NCBI GenBank assembly: GCA_023416875.1 | Contig: JAEZGT010000316.1 | Location: forward strand, 1 to 33,739 | Source of the DNA: Pseudomonadota bacterium | GTDB taxonomy: Bacteria; Pseudomonadota; Gammaproteobacteria; Pseudomonadales; Cellvibrionaceae | Length of the DNA stretch: 33,739 nt | Reading direction: 5' to 3' | Shown: in pieces, positions 19,940 through 30,519 of the stretch | Layout of the letters: each line of letters starts with the position of its first letter | Position numbering within the stretch: the stretch's first letter is position 1 | Notes under the pieces: generated by a model | The model's input: the letters and a program-made list of their open reading frames with translations, nothing else | Databases searched by the model: none | What the model was told of the DNA's origin: nothing | Position numbers and translations under genes: made by a program

Positions 19940-22087
19940 TTAATAATAAGTTTTGCCTTCTGCGGCGAGTTTCTGCATGTTTTCGGTCACTTGGTAGAGA
20001 GGACCGAGGTCCTCAAATTTCTGCGCAGTGGCAATAAAACGATTTAAGCCCTGCTCGTCCAACCAACGGAAGATGCCGCCGCGGAATGGAGGAAAGCCTA
20101 GGCCGTAAATTAGTGCCATATCCGCTTCCGCCGGCGACGCCACAATCTGTTCTTCGAGGCAGCGTGCAAGCTCAGTCGCCATTGGGACCACCATGCGGGC
20201 AATAATTTCATCATCAGAGAAATCTCTTTTTTGGGCGACGTGAGGTGCTAGCAAGGCATAGCTCTCTTGCGTAGTTACCTTGGCGGGCTTGCCTTTCTTA
20301 TCCTTCTCGTAGTTGTAAAAACCCTTGTCATTTTTCTGTCCGAGACGCCCAGCTTCGTAAAGAATGTCCGGCGCAGGTTTAAAGCTATTGGTCATGCGCT
20401 CAGGGAATCCATCGGCCATAACGCCCTGCGCATGCACCGCTGTATCAAGCCCAACCACGTCGAGCAAGTAGGCAGGCCCCATGGGCCAACCCCAACGCTC
20501 CATCACTTTGTCGATCGCTTGAAAGTCCGCACCATCTCTTAGCAACATGGAGAACCCGGCGAAATACGGGAAGAGAACGCGGTTAACCAGAAATCCCGGG
20601 CAGTTATTCACCACCACTGGCTTTTTGCCGAGCGCATTCGCATAAGCGACCGTGCGGGCGATGGCTTGATCAGATGTTTTTTTGCCGCGAATAACTTCCA
20701 CCAGTGGCATGGCGTGTACCGGATTGAAAAAATGCATGCCGCAGAAATTTTCCGGGCGCGCCAGGGATTCCGCCAGGGCATCAATGGAAATGGTGGAGGT
20801 ATTGGAACACAAGATTGTGGAAGGTTTCACCGCCGATTCCACCTCAGCGAGAACCGATTTTTTTACCCTGGAATTTTCAACCACCGCTTCCACAACCAAA
20901 TCCACTTCGGCAAATCCGTCGTAAGCAAGCGTTGGTTCAATAAGATTCAATGTTTCCGCCATTGAGGCGATTGTGGCTTTACCAGACTCAACCCGTTTTG
21001 AAATTAGTTTTGCCGCCTCCGACAAACCTTGATCAATTCCTTTTTGATTGATGTCTTTCATTTTGATCGGTATACCGCGACTGGCGGATTGATACGCAAT
21101 TCCGCCTCCCATAATGCCGGCACCCAACACAGCTGCGCGCTTGACGGCAGAGTCTGCCTGCTTTTCCAACTGTTTAGCTTTTTTGCCGATATATTGATCG
21201 CTAAGGAAAAGTCCAACCAGATTTTTTGCTGCGGATGTTTGCGCGAGTTTAATGAAAGTTTCCGCCTCAATTTTCTGCGCATCGTCACGGCCCAGTTTGG
21301 CGCCATCTTGCATGACTTTGATTGCAGCGACTGGTGCAGGATAATTGCGCCCCGCTTGAGCGCCAACGAACATTTTTGAACTTTCGAAGGCCAACAAACC
21401 TTCCATATCGTTGTGGCGCAGCGGCGATTTTTTCTGCTCACGGCGCTGCTGATAAGGCAGCTTGCCATTTGCCGCTCGACGCAACACTTCGAGCGCACTC
21501 GAAATTAATTCCGCTTCTGCAACCACTCCATCGACCACGCCACGCTTGAGAGCGTCTTGGCCTTTGTATTCGCCGCCACTAGCAATCCATTCCACCGCGG
21601 TGTCCAAGCCTACAAGGCGCGGTAAACGCACAGTACCCCCCCAACCGGGAACCAGGCCGAGCTTCGTTTCCGGAAGACCGATTTTCGCACCGTCGCTCAT
21701 GATGCGAAAATCGCAGGCAAGACAAATTTCCAGGCCACCACCCAAGGCGTAACCATTTATGGCGACGACAGAAGGGAAAGGGAGATCTTCAAGACGATTG
21801 AAATTGCGACTGTTGGTGAGCAAATGCGAACGCACGGCGTCATCGCCCTGCGCAAATACCGGTCCGAATTCGGTGATATCGGCCCCGACAATAAAAGCGC
21901 TCTTCGCGCTGGAAATCAGAATTCCCTTGATATCGGAGCGGCGCTCCAATTCGTCCAGAGCCTGCCCAAGCTCCCGCGAAAGCGCGAGATTAAACTTATT
22001 TACGGACTCGCCCTGCAGATCAAACCGCAGATGTGCAAGCCCATCTCCCAATTCTTCGACTGTTATGGCGCTGCCTGAAAAAATCAT
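19940..22087 (-). CDS. fadB: Fatty acid oxidation complex alpha subunit (enoyl-CoA hydratase / 3-hydroxyacyl-CoA dehydrogenase)
   Basis: [58 protein letters not shown] 22087 follows GAGGG. Confidence 0.96.
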   Translation of the reverse strand: MIFSGSAITVEELGDGLAHLRFDLQGESVNKFNLALSRELGQALDELERRSDIKGILISSAKSAFIVGADITEFGPVFAQGDDAVRSHLLTNSRNFNRLEDLPFPSVVAINGYALGGGLEICLACDFRIMSDGAKIGLPETKLGLVPGWGGTVRLPRLVGLDTAVEWIASGGEYKGQDALKRGVVDGVVAEAELISSALEVLRRAANGKLPYQQRREQKKSPLRHNDMEGLLAFESSKMFVGAQAGRNYPAPVAAIKVMQDGAKLGRDDAQKIEAETFIKLAQTSAAKNLVGLFLSDQYIGKKAKQLEKQADSAVKRAAVLGAGIMGGGIAYQSASRGIPIKMKDINQKGIDQGLSEAAKLISKRVESGKATIASMAETLNLIEPTLAYDGFAEVDLVVEAVVENSRVKKSVLAEVESAVKPSTILCSNTSTISIDALAESLARPENFCGMHFFNPVHAMPLVEVIRGKKTSDQAIARTVAYANALGKKPVVVNNCPGFLVNRVLFPYFAGFSMLLRDGADFQAIDKVMERWGWPMGPAYLLDVVGLDTAVHAQGVMADGFPERMTNSFKPAPDILYEAGRLGQKNDKGFYNYEKDKKGKPAKVTTQESYALLAPHVAQKRDFSDDEIIARMVVPMATELARCLEEQIVASPAEADMALIYGLGFPPFRGGIFRWLDEQGLNRFIATAQKFEDLGPLYQVTENMQKLAAEGKTYY

Positions 22088-22146
22088 CACACCCTCGACC
22101 CGTTTCCACTTTGGCTGCCGCATCCATAGATGAAAAATGCGACAAC

Positions 22147-22160
22147 GTAACAGTTGTTTG
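22147..22160. promoter_or_regulatory. Possible PsrA-like operator upstream of fadB
   Basis: GTAAC-AGTT-GTTTG against (C/G)AAAC-N4-GTTT(G/C); one half-site is perfect. Confidence 0.4.
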
Positions 22161-22250
22161 ATTTGCCTAAGTATGGATCAATCCAATATCGAAAGACAGT
22201 GAAACGACCGCCTTTGCTTCATCAGGTTGCAAAAATTTTCGCGCAGGTTT

Positions 22251-22862
22251 TCATACTTTACTATCAAGATCCTGCCTATCCGGTATCACCACTAGGGTCA
22301 TATGAAGCTCATCTTCTCCAGTATTCTTTAAGCAGAAAGAGCGATTTTGGTGAAACTGGAACATATCACCGGGCTCCAGCGTCCAGACCTTATCTTCCAG
22401 GGTCAACAGCAAGCGCCCGCGAGCCAGTGAGCCAGACAAATTGCTGTTTTTTTGTCCAACAGGACTTTGGCTGATCGAAGCGCCCGGAGCCAAATGCGCC
22501 AGCACGACAATCGGGTGATCGCCATAATCTGACCGGCAGGAAATAAAAAACTCCGCGCCCGGCTGGCTTACCTTTATTTGATTTGAACGATTGAATACAA
22601 CCGGAGAGGTCAGCTCACCTGGGCGAAAAAAGTCAGCCAGGGAAATCGGAACAGCGCGCAGAATTTTTTCGAGGGTTTGTATGGACGGACTAACGCGCCC
22701 TTGTTCGATCATGGACAGATTGGCGTTAGTCATGCTGGCGCGGCGAGCGAGTTGGCGCTGCGAGAGCCCAAACTCAAGACGCAGCTGGCGTAGTCTCCGC
22801 CCCAAGTCAAAGCTTGCAGGCGAAGATTCTGCTTCCGGCACATCGTCCGCAGGGGTGATCAT
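22251..22862 (-). CDS. XRE-family HTH regulator with C-terminal cupin domain (PuuR/PauR-like)
   Basis: LGRRLRQLRLEFGLSQRQLARRASMTNANLSMIEQGRVSPSIQTLEKIL...SLADFF, then cupin-like GRLLLTL...LEPGD. Its ATG overlaps the fabY TGA (ATGA). Confidence 0.85.
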   Translation of the reverse strand: MITPADDVPEAESSPASFDLGRRLRQLRLEFGLSQRQLARRASMTNANLSMIEQGRVSPSIQTLEKILRAVPISLADFFRPGELTSPVVFNRSNQIKVSQPGAEFFISCRSDYGDHPIVVLAHLAPGASISQSPVGQKNSNLSGSLARGRLLLTLEDKVWTLEPGDMFQFHQNRSFCLKNTGEDELHMTLVVIPDRQDLDSKV

Positions 22863-24730
22863 AGCGCCAAATCGTCAAAACCGTCGCAACCTTCAAGGCT
22901 GATTGCGTGATCAAACCCAGGAACACGGACTCGGCGCGGATCAACTTCGATCGCGTTCTCGTCAATCAGCCCTGTCCCGAATTCGTAGACAGGATTGAGT
23001 TTGCCAACATCCGCGTCCGCCAAATATCGAGTGGCATTCTCTGTTACCGGAGCGAGCTTGCCCAGATAGTTCTTCCAAACCATTTCGCCGTGGCGTCTTC
23101 GCAGGAGCGGCTCTATGGCACTGGGTGAAATCACGGTAGCCGTCGCATTGTTGCCGCCAAAACCTTTGGAATTGAGCAAGGCAATCTGACAAGACTCGGG
23201 GCCGAGTTCCTGGTCAGTTTTGGAGAGACGCAGGCGGTCGGCGTAAACATCGTCCGCAACCGCATCGATGGTCTTGATGCCCGGCAATATGCCACGCTGA
23301 AAAACACCGAGAGTGACGGCCATCTGGTCACCGCTGGCAGGCCCAAGTGAGTGGCCTAAGTAGGCTTTCACTGCTGCCACAGGCCAACTTTCAATGCCGA
23401 ATGCCCTAGCGACCTGATCAAAAATTCGGGATTCCGTCACCCGGTTTTGCGGAGTGCTGGAACCATGAGCCTGAACAAAACTGGCGCGGCGCACTTTGTC
23501 CTCACCAAAAAGATTCACTGCTAATGCAGTGGCACGCGCCATGGTGATGTAATTACCCGGACCGGGAGCGGAAATGGATTTTTTGAAGCCGTCCGCATGA
23601 ACATAAACCCCCGGAACCGCTGCAAAAATCTGCGCACCCAGGCGCAAGGCTAGTTCGTCGTCCATCAACATTACATACTGGCCCGATTCCGCAATGGTAA
23701 ACCCGCAGTTCTCACCAAAAGGCCGGCTGGCACGGCGGTAATCAATGTCCTGAGAACCAGTCAGCTTACGCAAGTCTGCGTCTGTGGCCAGCGCGCTCAT
23801 AGCGGCATAACCGTCGATAACCTCGGGGAGGATAGGCGCTTCGGCGCTACCCACCAACACCACACGGCGGCGACCTGCTTTTATGTCTTCCACTCCGGCG
23901 CGCAGGTTATAGAGAAAAGTGGCGCAAGCGCCGGTAATCCCACCAGTTGCGCCGACGCTTCCCAAAACATACGCATTAACGAAGTCTGCGGGCATAGTGT
24001 TCAGGCCAAGTGCCAACTGTTTGGATGAAACCCGCTCTCCCCGTAAACGCGCCTGCAACATACCGCCGAATCCAGTACCGTCGAGCTGGCTCATTACGCT
24101 GCTGCTGTACACCCCGATTTCATCGGGCGCAACCTGACGGCAGATCGCCTCCCAGGGAATGCCCACTGATTTAACCGCGTCGGACGCGGCAAGGACGTTG
24201 AGTTGCAACCCACGCGGATGATGAGTGGAACGGTAATGGGATCCTGGATCGAAACCGCTGGGCAACTGGCCAGCAGCCTGCACAGCCATCTCCTGCGTTG
24301 TGGCGATCGAAACGGTCTGCTTGCCAGTGACTTCGACTTCGCAAATTCCCCCGTCCTGAGATACCACGCGCCAGTTGGCCGGCAATGGGTGTGGCAATTC
24401 ACGATTGGAAATTTCCAGACGCACAGGATTCGTCACTGTTCCTAGAGCCTGGGCACGCTTAGCCAGCGGCGTTGCGTCCACCGGGAAATAGGTATCTTCG
24501 ATACGCCTCACCAAGGTACCCATCAGAACCGAACGCTCCAGAGAGGCTTCATCGGCGCCTTCGGTTTGCCTTCCCATGAGATTTGCCAAAGACGCAATAA
24601 GCTGGCGGCGTTCAGCCGCGCTTAGACTCTCGAAAATCATGCGCTCATAGCCGCGATGGCCGGAACTGCGGCCTGCGGCATTAAACCCGCCGAAACCGAC
24701 AATTAATGGTAATCGGGTAATAGTGGTCAC
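22859..24730 (-). CDS. fabY: Beta-ketoacyl-ACP synthase, FabY (PA5174) type
   Basis: RLPLIVGFGGFNAAGRSS N-terminus, HHPRGLQ, catalytic GACATFLYN, AHGSSTPQN, KAYLGHS, NSKGFGGNNA; 623 aa. Confidence 0.85.
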   Translation of the reverse strand: MTTITRLPLIVGFGGFNAAGRSSGHRGYERMIFESLSAAERRQLIASLANLMGRQTEGADEASLERSVLMGTLVRRIEDTYFPVDATPLAKRAQALGTVTNPVRLEISNRELPHPLPANWRVVSQDGGICEVEVTGKQTVSIATTQEMAVQAAGQLPSGFDPGSHYRSTHHPRGLQLNVLAASDAVKSVGIPWEAICRQVAPDEIGVYSSSVMSQLDGTGFGGMLQARLRGERVSSKQLALGLNTMPADFVNAYVLGSVGATGGITGACATFLYNLRAGVEDIKAGRRRVVLVGSAEAPILPEVIDGYAAMSALATDADLRKLTGSQDIDYRRASRPFGENCGFTIAESGQYVMLMDDELALRLGAQIFAAVPGVYVHADGFKKSISAPGPGNYITMARATALAVNLFGEDKVRRASFVQAHGSSTPQNRVTESRIFDQVARAFGIESWPVAAVKAYLGHSLGPASGDQMAVTLGVFQRGILPGIKTIDAVADDVYADRLRLSKTDQELGPESCQIALLNSKGFGGNNATATVISPSAIEPLLRRRHGEMVWKNYLGKLAPVTENATRYLADADVGKLNPVYEFGTGLIDENAIEVDPRRVRVPGFDHAISLEGCDGFDDLAL

Positions 24731-24856
24731 AGGGAAACCTTAGGAGTGAAATTGTGTGGGATAACGCGCAGTTTATTGTTGAAAGCATTTCTACGCAGAG
24801 GGATACTCGCCACAAAACAGGGGTAAATTAGCCATCACCTCAAAAGGATAACCGGA

Positions 24857-25858
24857 ATGACGTCGATTACATTTTTGTTGTGTGAACAGATGCTGGCCAC
24901 CAGCGTAGCCTTGCCGATGGAGCAGCTACACGCAGCTGAGGCAATGCAGAAATCCGCGAGTAACCGCCACACTCCCCTGAAGGAACTGACGTTTCATCTG
25001 GCGTCTGTGGATGGCAAAGCGGTCACTACGCACACTGGCCTGATGCTACAGCCCCATTGCGCCATCAGCGACATTGAAAGCTCGTCTATCACCTATATCC
25101 CCGCGCTGTGGCGCAATCCCAAAACTGTTATCAAGCAGAATCAAGCAGTGTTGCCGTGGCTGGTAAGGCAAAAACAGGAAGGAGGCATTATTGCAGGTGT
25201 GGGCACCGGCTGCTGTTTTATGGCAGAGGCAGGCTTGCTGGATTTTCGACCCGCTACTACCCACTGGTACTATTTCGACAAGTTCGCCGCCTCTTATCCA
25301 CGCGTACTGTTAAAGCGCAACCACTTCATCACTCGGTCCGAAAACCTGTACTGCACCGCCAGCGTTAATTCGCTGGCCGATCTAACCGTGTTTTTTATTC
25401 AGGAAATTTTTGGCGAGCAAATCGCGCGTCATGTGGAAAGGCATTTTTTTCATGAAGTACGCAAAGCGTACCCGCAAATGCAAAGTGAGCACGGCGAATT
25501 CCAGACACATCCGGACGAAGACGTCGCGAGAGCCCAATCCTGGATTCAACAGAATGCACAAAAGAATATTCAGGTGAAGGATGTGGCTGATTCGTTAGGA
25601 ATGAGTTTGCGGACATTGAATCGTCGCTTTAAAAACGCAACAAATCTTACACCACTTCAATATTTGCAAAATGTTCGAATGCGCAATGCAGGGGAATTGC
25701 TGCATTCCAGCAACCTGGCGATCGCCGAAATAGCGTATCGCTCTGGCTACCAGGATCTGGCGCATTTTACTGACTTATTCAAAAAATATTTTGGTACCAC
25801 ACCAACTCAATATCGCACGACAGTCCGCGCCAAATTATTCAGCGCGGACTCGATTTGA
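24857..25858 (+). CDS. GlxA-family AraC regulator with DJ-1/PfpI-like N-terminal domain
   Basis: AEAGLLD..ATTHW, C-terminal MSLRTLNRRFK...TPLQYLQ...IAEIAYRSGYQD..HF..LFKK..GTTPTQYR. Confidence 0.9.
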   Translation: MTSITFLLCEQMLATSVALPMEQLHAAEAMQKSASNRHTPLKELTFHLASVDGKAVTTHTGLMLQPHCAISDIESSSITYIPALWRNPKTVIKQNQAVLPWLVRQKQEGGIIAGVGTGCCFMAEAGLLDFRPATTHWYYFDKFAASYPRVLLKRNHFITRSENLYCTASVNSLADLTVFFIQEIFGEQIARHVERHFFHEVRKAYPQMQSEHGEFQTHPDEDVARAQSWIQQNAQKNIQVKDVADSLGMSLRTLNRRFKNATNLTPLQYLQNVRMRNAGELLHSSNLAIAEIAYRSGYQDLAHFTDLFKKYFGTTPTQYRTTVRAKLFSADSI

Positions 25859-25870
25859 TGTGATTATGGA

Positions 25871-26344
25871 TCAGGCGGCTTGTGAGACCAAAGACTTGTC
25901 TGCACTTGATGTCTTTTCCAGGGCAGCACCTATGGCTATTTTACGTGGCTTGAGAAATTCCGGTATTTCACGGCGCAATTCGATATTCAACAGGCCGTTA
26001 CTCATATTCGCGCCAGTGACCTGTACATAATCCGCCAACTGGAATTTGCGCTCAAAATCACGCCCCGCAATGCCGCGATAAAGAAATTGGCGACCCTCTG
26101 TATCCGCAGATTTTTTGCCGGAAACCCGCAATACACCATGATCCACCTCGATTTCAACTTCGTTTATGTCAAAACCGGCTACCGCCATGGTGATGCAGTA
26201 TTGATTTTCACCGGTTAATTCAATGTTGTACGGTGGATACGAAGGCTGAGACTGCTCTGAACGGTGGGCAGCATCGAGAATTTGCGCCAGACGATCAAAA
26301 CCAATGGCGGATTTATACAAAGGAGAAAAGTCAAACGTTCTCAT
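25871..26344 (-). CDS. ibpA: Small heat shock protein (Hsp20)
   Basis: MRTFDFSPLYKSAIGFDRL, SYPPYNIE, ITMAVAGF, FLYRGIAGRDFERKFQLA, NGLLNI, PRKIAI. Confidence 0.93.
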   Translation of the reverse strand: MRTFDFSPLYKSAIGFDRLAQILDAAHRSEQSQPSYPPYNIELTGENQYCITMAVAGFDINEVEIEVDHGVLRVSGKKSADTEGRQFLYRGIAGRDFERKFQLADYVQVTGANMSNGLLNIELRREIPEFLKPRKIAIGAALEKTSSADKSLVSQAA

Positions 26345-26346
26345 AA

Positions 26347-26370
26347 TTTATCCTCAATTCGAGCAATAAA
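26347..26370 (-). promoter_or_regulatory. ROSE-like RNA thermometer hairpin over the ibpA Shine-Dalgarno sequence
   Basis: mRNA UUUAUUGCUC-GAAUU-GAGGAUAAA-UU-AUG: the U(U/C)GCU motif pairs with AGGA, leaving a bulged G. Confidence 0.8.
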
Positions 26371-26440
26371 CAAAATGACACCTATAACAGGCCGTGAATA
26401 ACCAGAGTCTTTCGCTGAAACGATTCCAGTTGCAAATTAA

Positions 26441-26467
26441 AATAAGTCCATAAAATTGCAATTCAAG
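26441..26467 (-). promoter_or_regulatory. Sigma32-type promoter of ibpA
   Basis: Perfect -35 CTTGAA (26467-26462); the -10 about 13-14 nt downstream is degenerate (GACTTATT). Confidence 0.55.
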
Positions 26468-26567
26468 TCTGTTTAAAAATATTTTGGCGAGTTACAAATT
26501 TTGCATAGCAGCAGACAGTGAGGAATAGATGGCGTCCACATTTGAACCGAATGTTCTTAAAGCGAGA

Positions 26568-26595
26568 CTTGAATTCCTAGCAAAACACTCCATGA
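26568..26595 (+). promoter_or_regulatory. Sigma32-type promoter of the HPF/RaiA gene
   Basis: CTTGAA-N14-CTCCATGA. Confidence 0.72.
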
Positions 26596-26652
26596 TTAGA
26601 GTGCAAGCCTGCCATTATTCACACCAGCACTTTGATTGGAGGTTCCTACTTC

Positions 26653-26967
26653 ATGATAAAAAATAATGCAGATGTCGTTTTTCGCGATTTGGACCACTCA
26701 CCTGCCTTGGAATACACCATCAACCGTAAACTCGAAAAATTATCCCGTTTCGCTCCCGACATATTGCGCTCCCGAGTCGTTCTGGACACGCCGCACAACC
26801 GACGGCACAAAGGCAAGTTATTTCGCGCGTCAATTGAGCTCAGCTTACGGGGGCGGCCGATCACCGTATCAAATGACGCACCAACCGCCCACGTCGCCGT
26901 GCGCGATGCATTTCACGCTGCCGAAAGACGTTTGAAGGAGAGTCGCCAACTCACTTTGGCACGATGA
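26653..26967 (+). CDS. HPF/RaiA (S30AE) family ribosome-associated protein
   Basis: VVFRDLDHSPALEYTINRKLEKL...VVLDTPH...SIELSLRG...AVRDAFHAAERRLK. ATG 26653 follows GGAGG. Confidence 0.85.
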   Translation: MIKNNADVVFRDLDHSPALEYTINRKLEKLSRFAPDILRSRVVLDTPHNRRHKGKLFRASIELSLRGRPITVSNDAPTAHVAVRDAFHAAERRLKESRQLTLAR

Positions 26968-27050
26968 TTTCCGAGCGGACCCTAATCCCTCGATAGCAGT
27001 TGCAGATAGACGTCATCACTCTCGTTTATCGCTTCAGCCAGACCCTCAAA

Positions 27051-27076
27051 GAGCGCCGCAAATCGAAGCGGCGCTC
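27051..27076. terminator. GC-rich stem-loop after the HPF gene
   Basis: GAGCGCCGC-N8-GCGGCGCTC 9-bp stem; the U-tract is poor. Confidence 0.5.
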
Positions 27077-27229
27077 GTCTGCCACCCCCCTTCCAGTCCT
27101 GGAAATGTCCATGTAAATCTGCGATAGTTCGCGCCTTTGCGGCGGGGGGTGTCCTGTGACATCAATCCACCGCATTTCACCGGCATAATGCGGTGCCGAA
27201 TTCCACCCTTATCTGGAGAGATTCAGACA

Positions 27230-29130
<1,901 letters not shown>

Positions 29131-29146
<16 letters not shown>

Positions 29147-29187
29147 ATTGGCTATTACGAAAAATAATTGGCTATTACGACAAATAA
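29131..29187 (+). repeat. Tandem triplication of the speA 3' end
   Basis: CTATTACGAAAAATAAATTGG (29131-29151) / CTATTACGAAAAATAATTGG (29152-29171) / CTATTACGACAAATAA (29172-29187). Confidence 0.92.
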
Positions 29188-29256
29188 GCCGCCAACAGTA
29201 TTGATCAGCAGCACGTCTCGCGCGGCCAAGGCGCGGACCATTGAGGAGAGAGTCAC

Positions 29257-30456
29257 ATGAGCAAAGTCATCATCATCGGTGCCGGCGGCGTGGGTGGCGT
29301 GGTCACCCATAAGTGCGCGCAATTGCCCGAGGTGTTCCCGGAAATCATTCTGGCGAGTCGCAACGAAGAAAAATGCAAGAAGATTGCTGCCCAACTGTCG
29401 CGCCCGATCCGCACCGCGCAAGTGGACGCCGACAACGTCGCTGAACTGACCGCTCTGCTGGAAAAAGAAAAGCCGAGCCTGGTCATCAACGTCGCCCTGC
29501 CTTACCAGGATCTGCACATCATGGACGCGTGCTTGAACGCTGGCGTCCACTATCTGGACACCGCCAACTACGAGCCGCCAGAAGTCGCGAAATTCGAGTA
29601 CAAATGGCAGTGGGCCTATCAGGAGAAATTCCAGAAAGCCGGCTTGATGGCTCTGCTCGGCAGCGGCTTCGACCCGGGCGTCACCAACGTCTACACCGCT
29701 TACATCAAAAAGCATTGCCTGGATGAAATCCACGAGCTGGATATTATCGACGCCAATGCCGGCAACCACGGCCAACCCTTTGCAACCAACTTCAATCCGG
29801 AAATCAACATCCGCGAAGTGACCGCCAAAGGCCGCTTCTGGCAGAACGGCGAGTGGGTGGAAACCGATCCTCTGTCCGTCAAAGACTCCTTCGATTTCCC
29901 CGAAGGTATCGGCCCTATGGACATCTATCTGATGTACCACGAGGAGCTGGAATCCATCGTCAAACACTTCCCGGAAATCAAGCGCGCGCGCTTCTGGATG
30001 ACGTTTTCCCAGAACTACCTGAAACACCTGGAAGTGCTGCAGAACGTAGGCATGACCGGTATCAAGCCTGTTTTGTACAACGGCGTTGAGGTCATTCCGC
30101 TGCAGTTCCTCAAATCTGTTCTGCCCGACCCATCCAGCCTTGGCCCCCTGACCAAGGGACGCACCTGCATCGGCTGCGTGGCCAAAGGAATTAAAGATGG
30201 CAAGGAAAAGATCGTATACATCTACAACATCTGCGACCACGAAGCCTGCTTCCGTGAAGTGCAGTCCCAGGCAATCTCCTACACCACTGGCGTGCCCGCA
30301 ATGATCGGCGCAAAGATGATGCTGGAGAATAAGTGGATGAAACCCGGCGTATGGAACATGGAGCAGTTCGATCCGGATCCATTTATGGAAGACCTCAACA
30401 AGTACGGCCTGCCCTGGACGCTGGTCGACTTGAGCGATACCGGTCTCGCAACCTGA
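29257..30456 (+). CDS. Carboxy(nor)spermidine dehydrogenase/synthase (saccharopine dehydrogenase family)
   Basis: IIGAGGVG Rossmann motif, NVALPYQDL, YLDTANYEP, GSGFDPGVTN, FATNFNPEINIRE, YHEELES, QAISYTTGVPA; upstream of nspC. Confidence 0.92.
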   Translation: MSKVIIIGAGGVGGVVTHKCAQLPEVFPEIILASRNEEKCKKIAAQLSRPIRTAQVDADNVAELTALLEKEKPSLVINVALPYQDLHIMDACLNAGVHYLDTANYEPPEVAKFEYKWQWAYQEKFQKAGLMALLGSGFDPGVTNVYTAYIKKHCLDEIHELDIIDANAGNHGQPFATNFNPEINIREVTAKGRFWQNGEWVETDPLSVKDSFDFPEGIGPMDIYLMYHEELESIVKHFPEIKRARFWMTFSQNYLKHLEVLQNVGMTGIKPVLYNGVEVIPLQFLKSVLPDPSSLGPLTKGRTCIGCVAKGIKDGKEKIVYIYNICDHEACFREVQSQAISYTTGVPAMIGAKMMLENKWMKPGVWNMEQFDPDPFMEDLNKYGLPWTLVDLSDTGLAT

Positions 30457-30464
30457 TCCACCGC

Positions 30465-30486
30465 CGCGGCTTCGTCTGAAGCCGCG
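30465..30486 (+). other. Intercistronic stem-loop
   Basis: CGCGGCTTC-GTCT-GAAGCCGCG, a perfect 9-bp stem with no U-tract; probably mRNA stabilising. Confidence 0.55.
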
Positions 30487-30519
30487 CTCTCCTTCCACGT
30501 TATTTCGAGCAATTTCACC

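Noticed and set aside
27137..27229. N-terminal extensions in the ORF track (speA 27137; also fadB 22123, tig 17459, hupB 11042, DUF2489 6467, HPF 26632)
   Set aside because: Downstream starts have proper RBS spacing and match the family N-termini.
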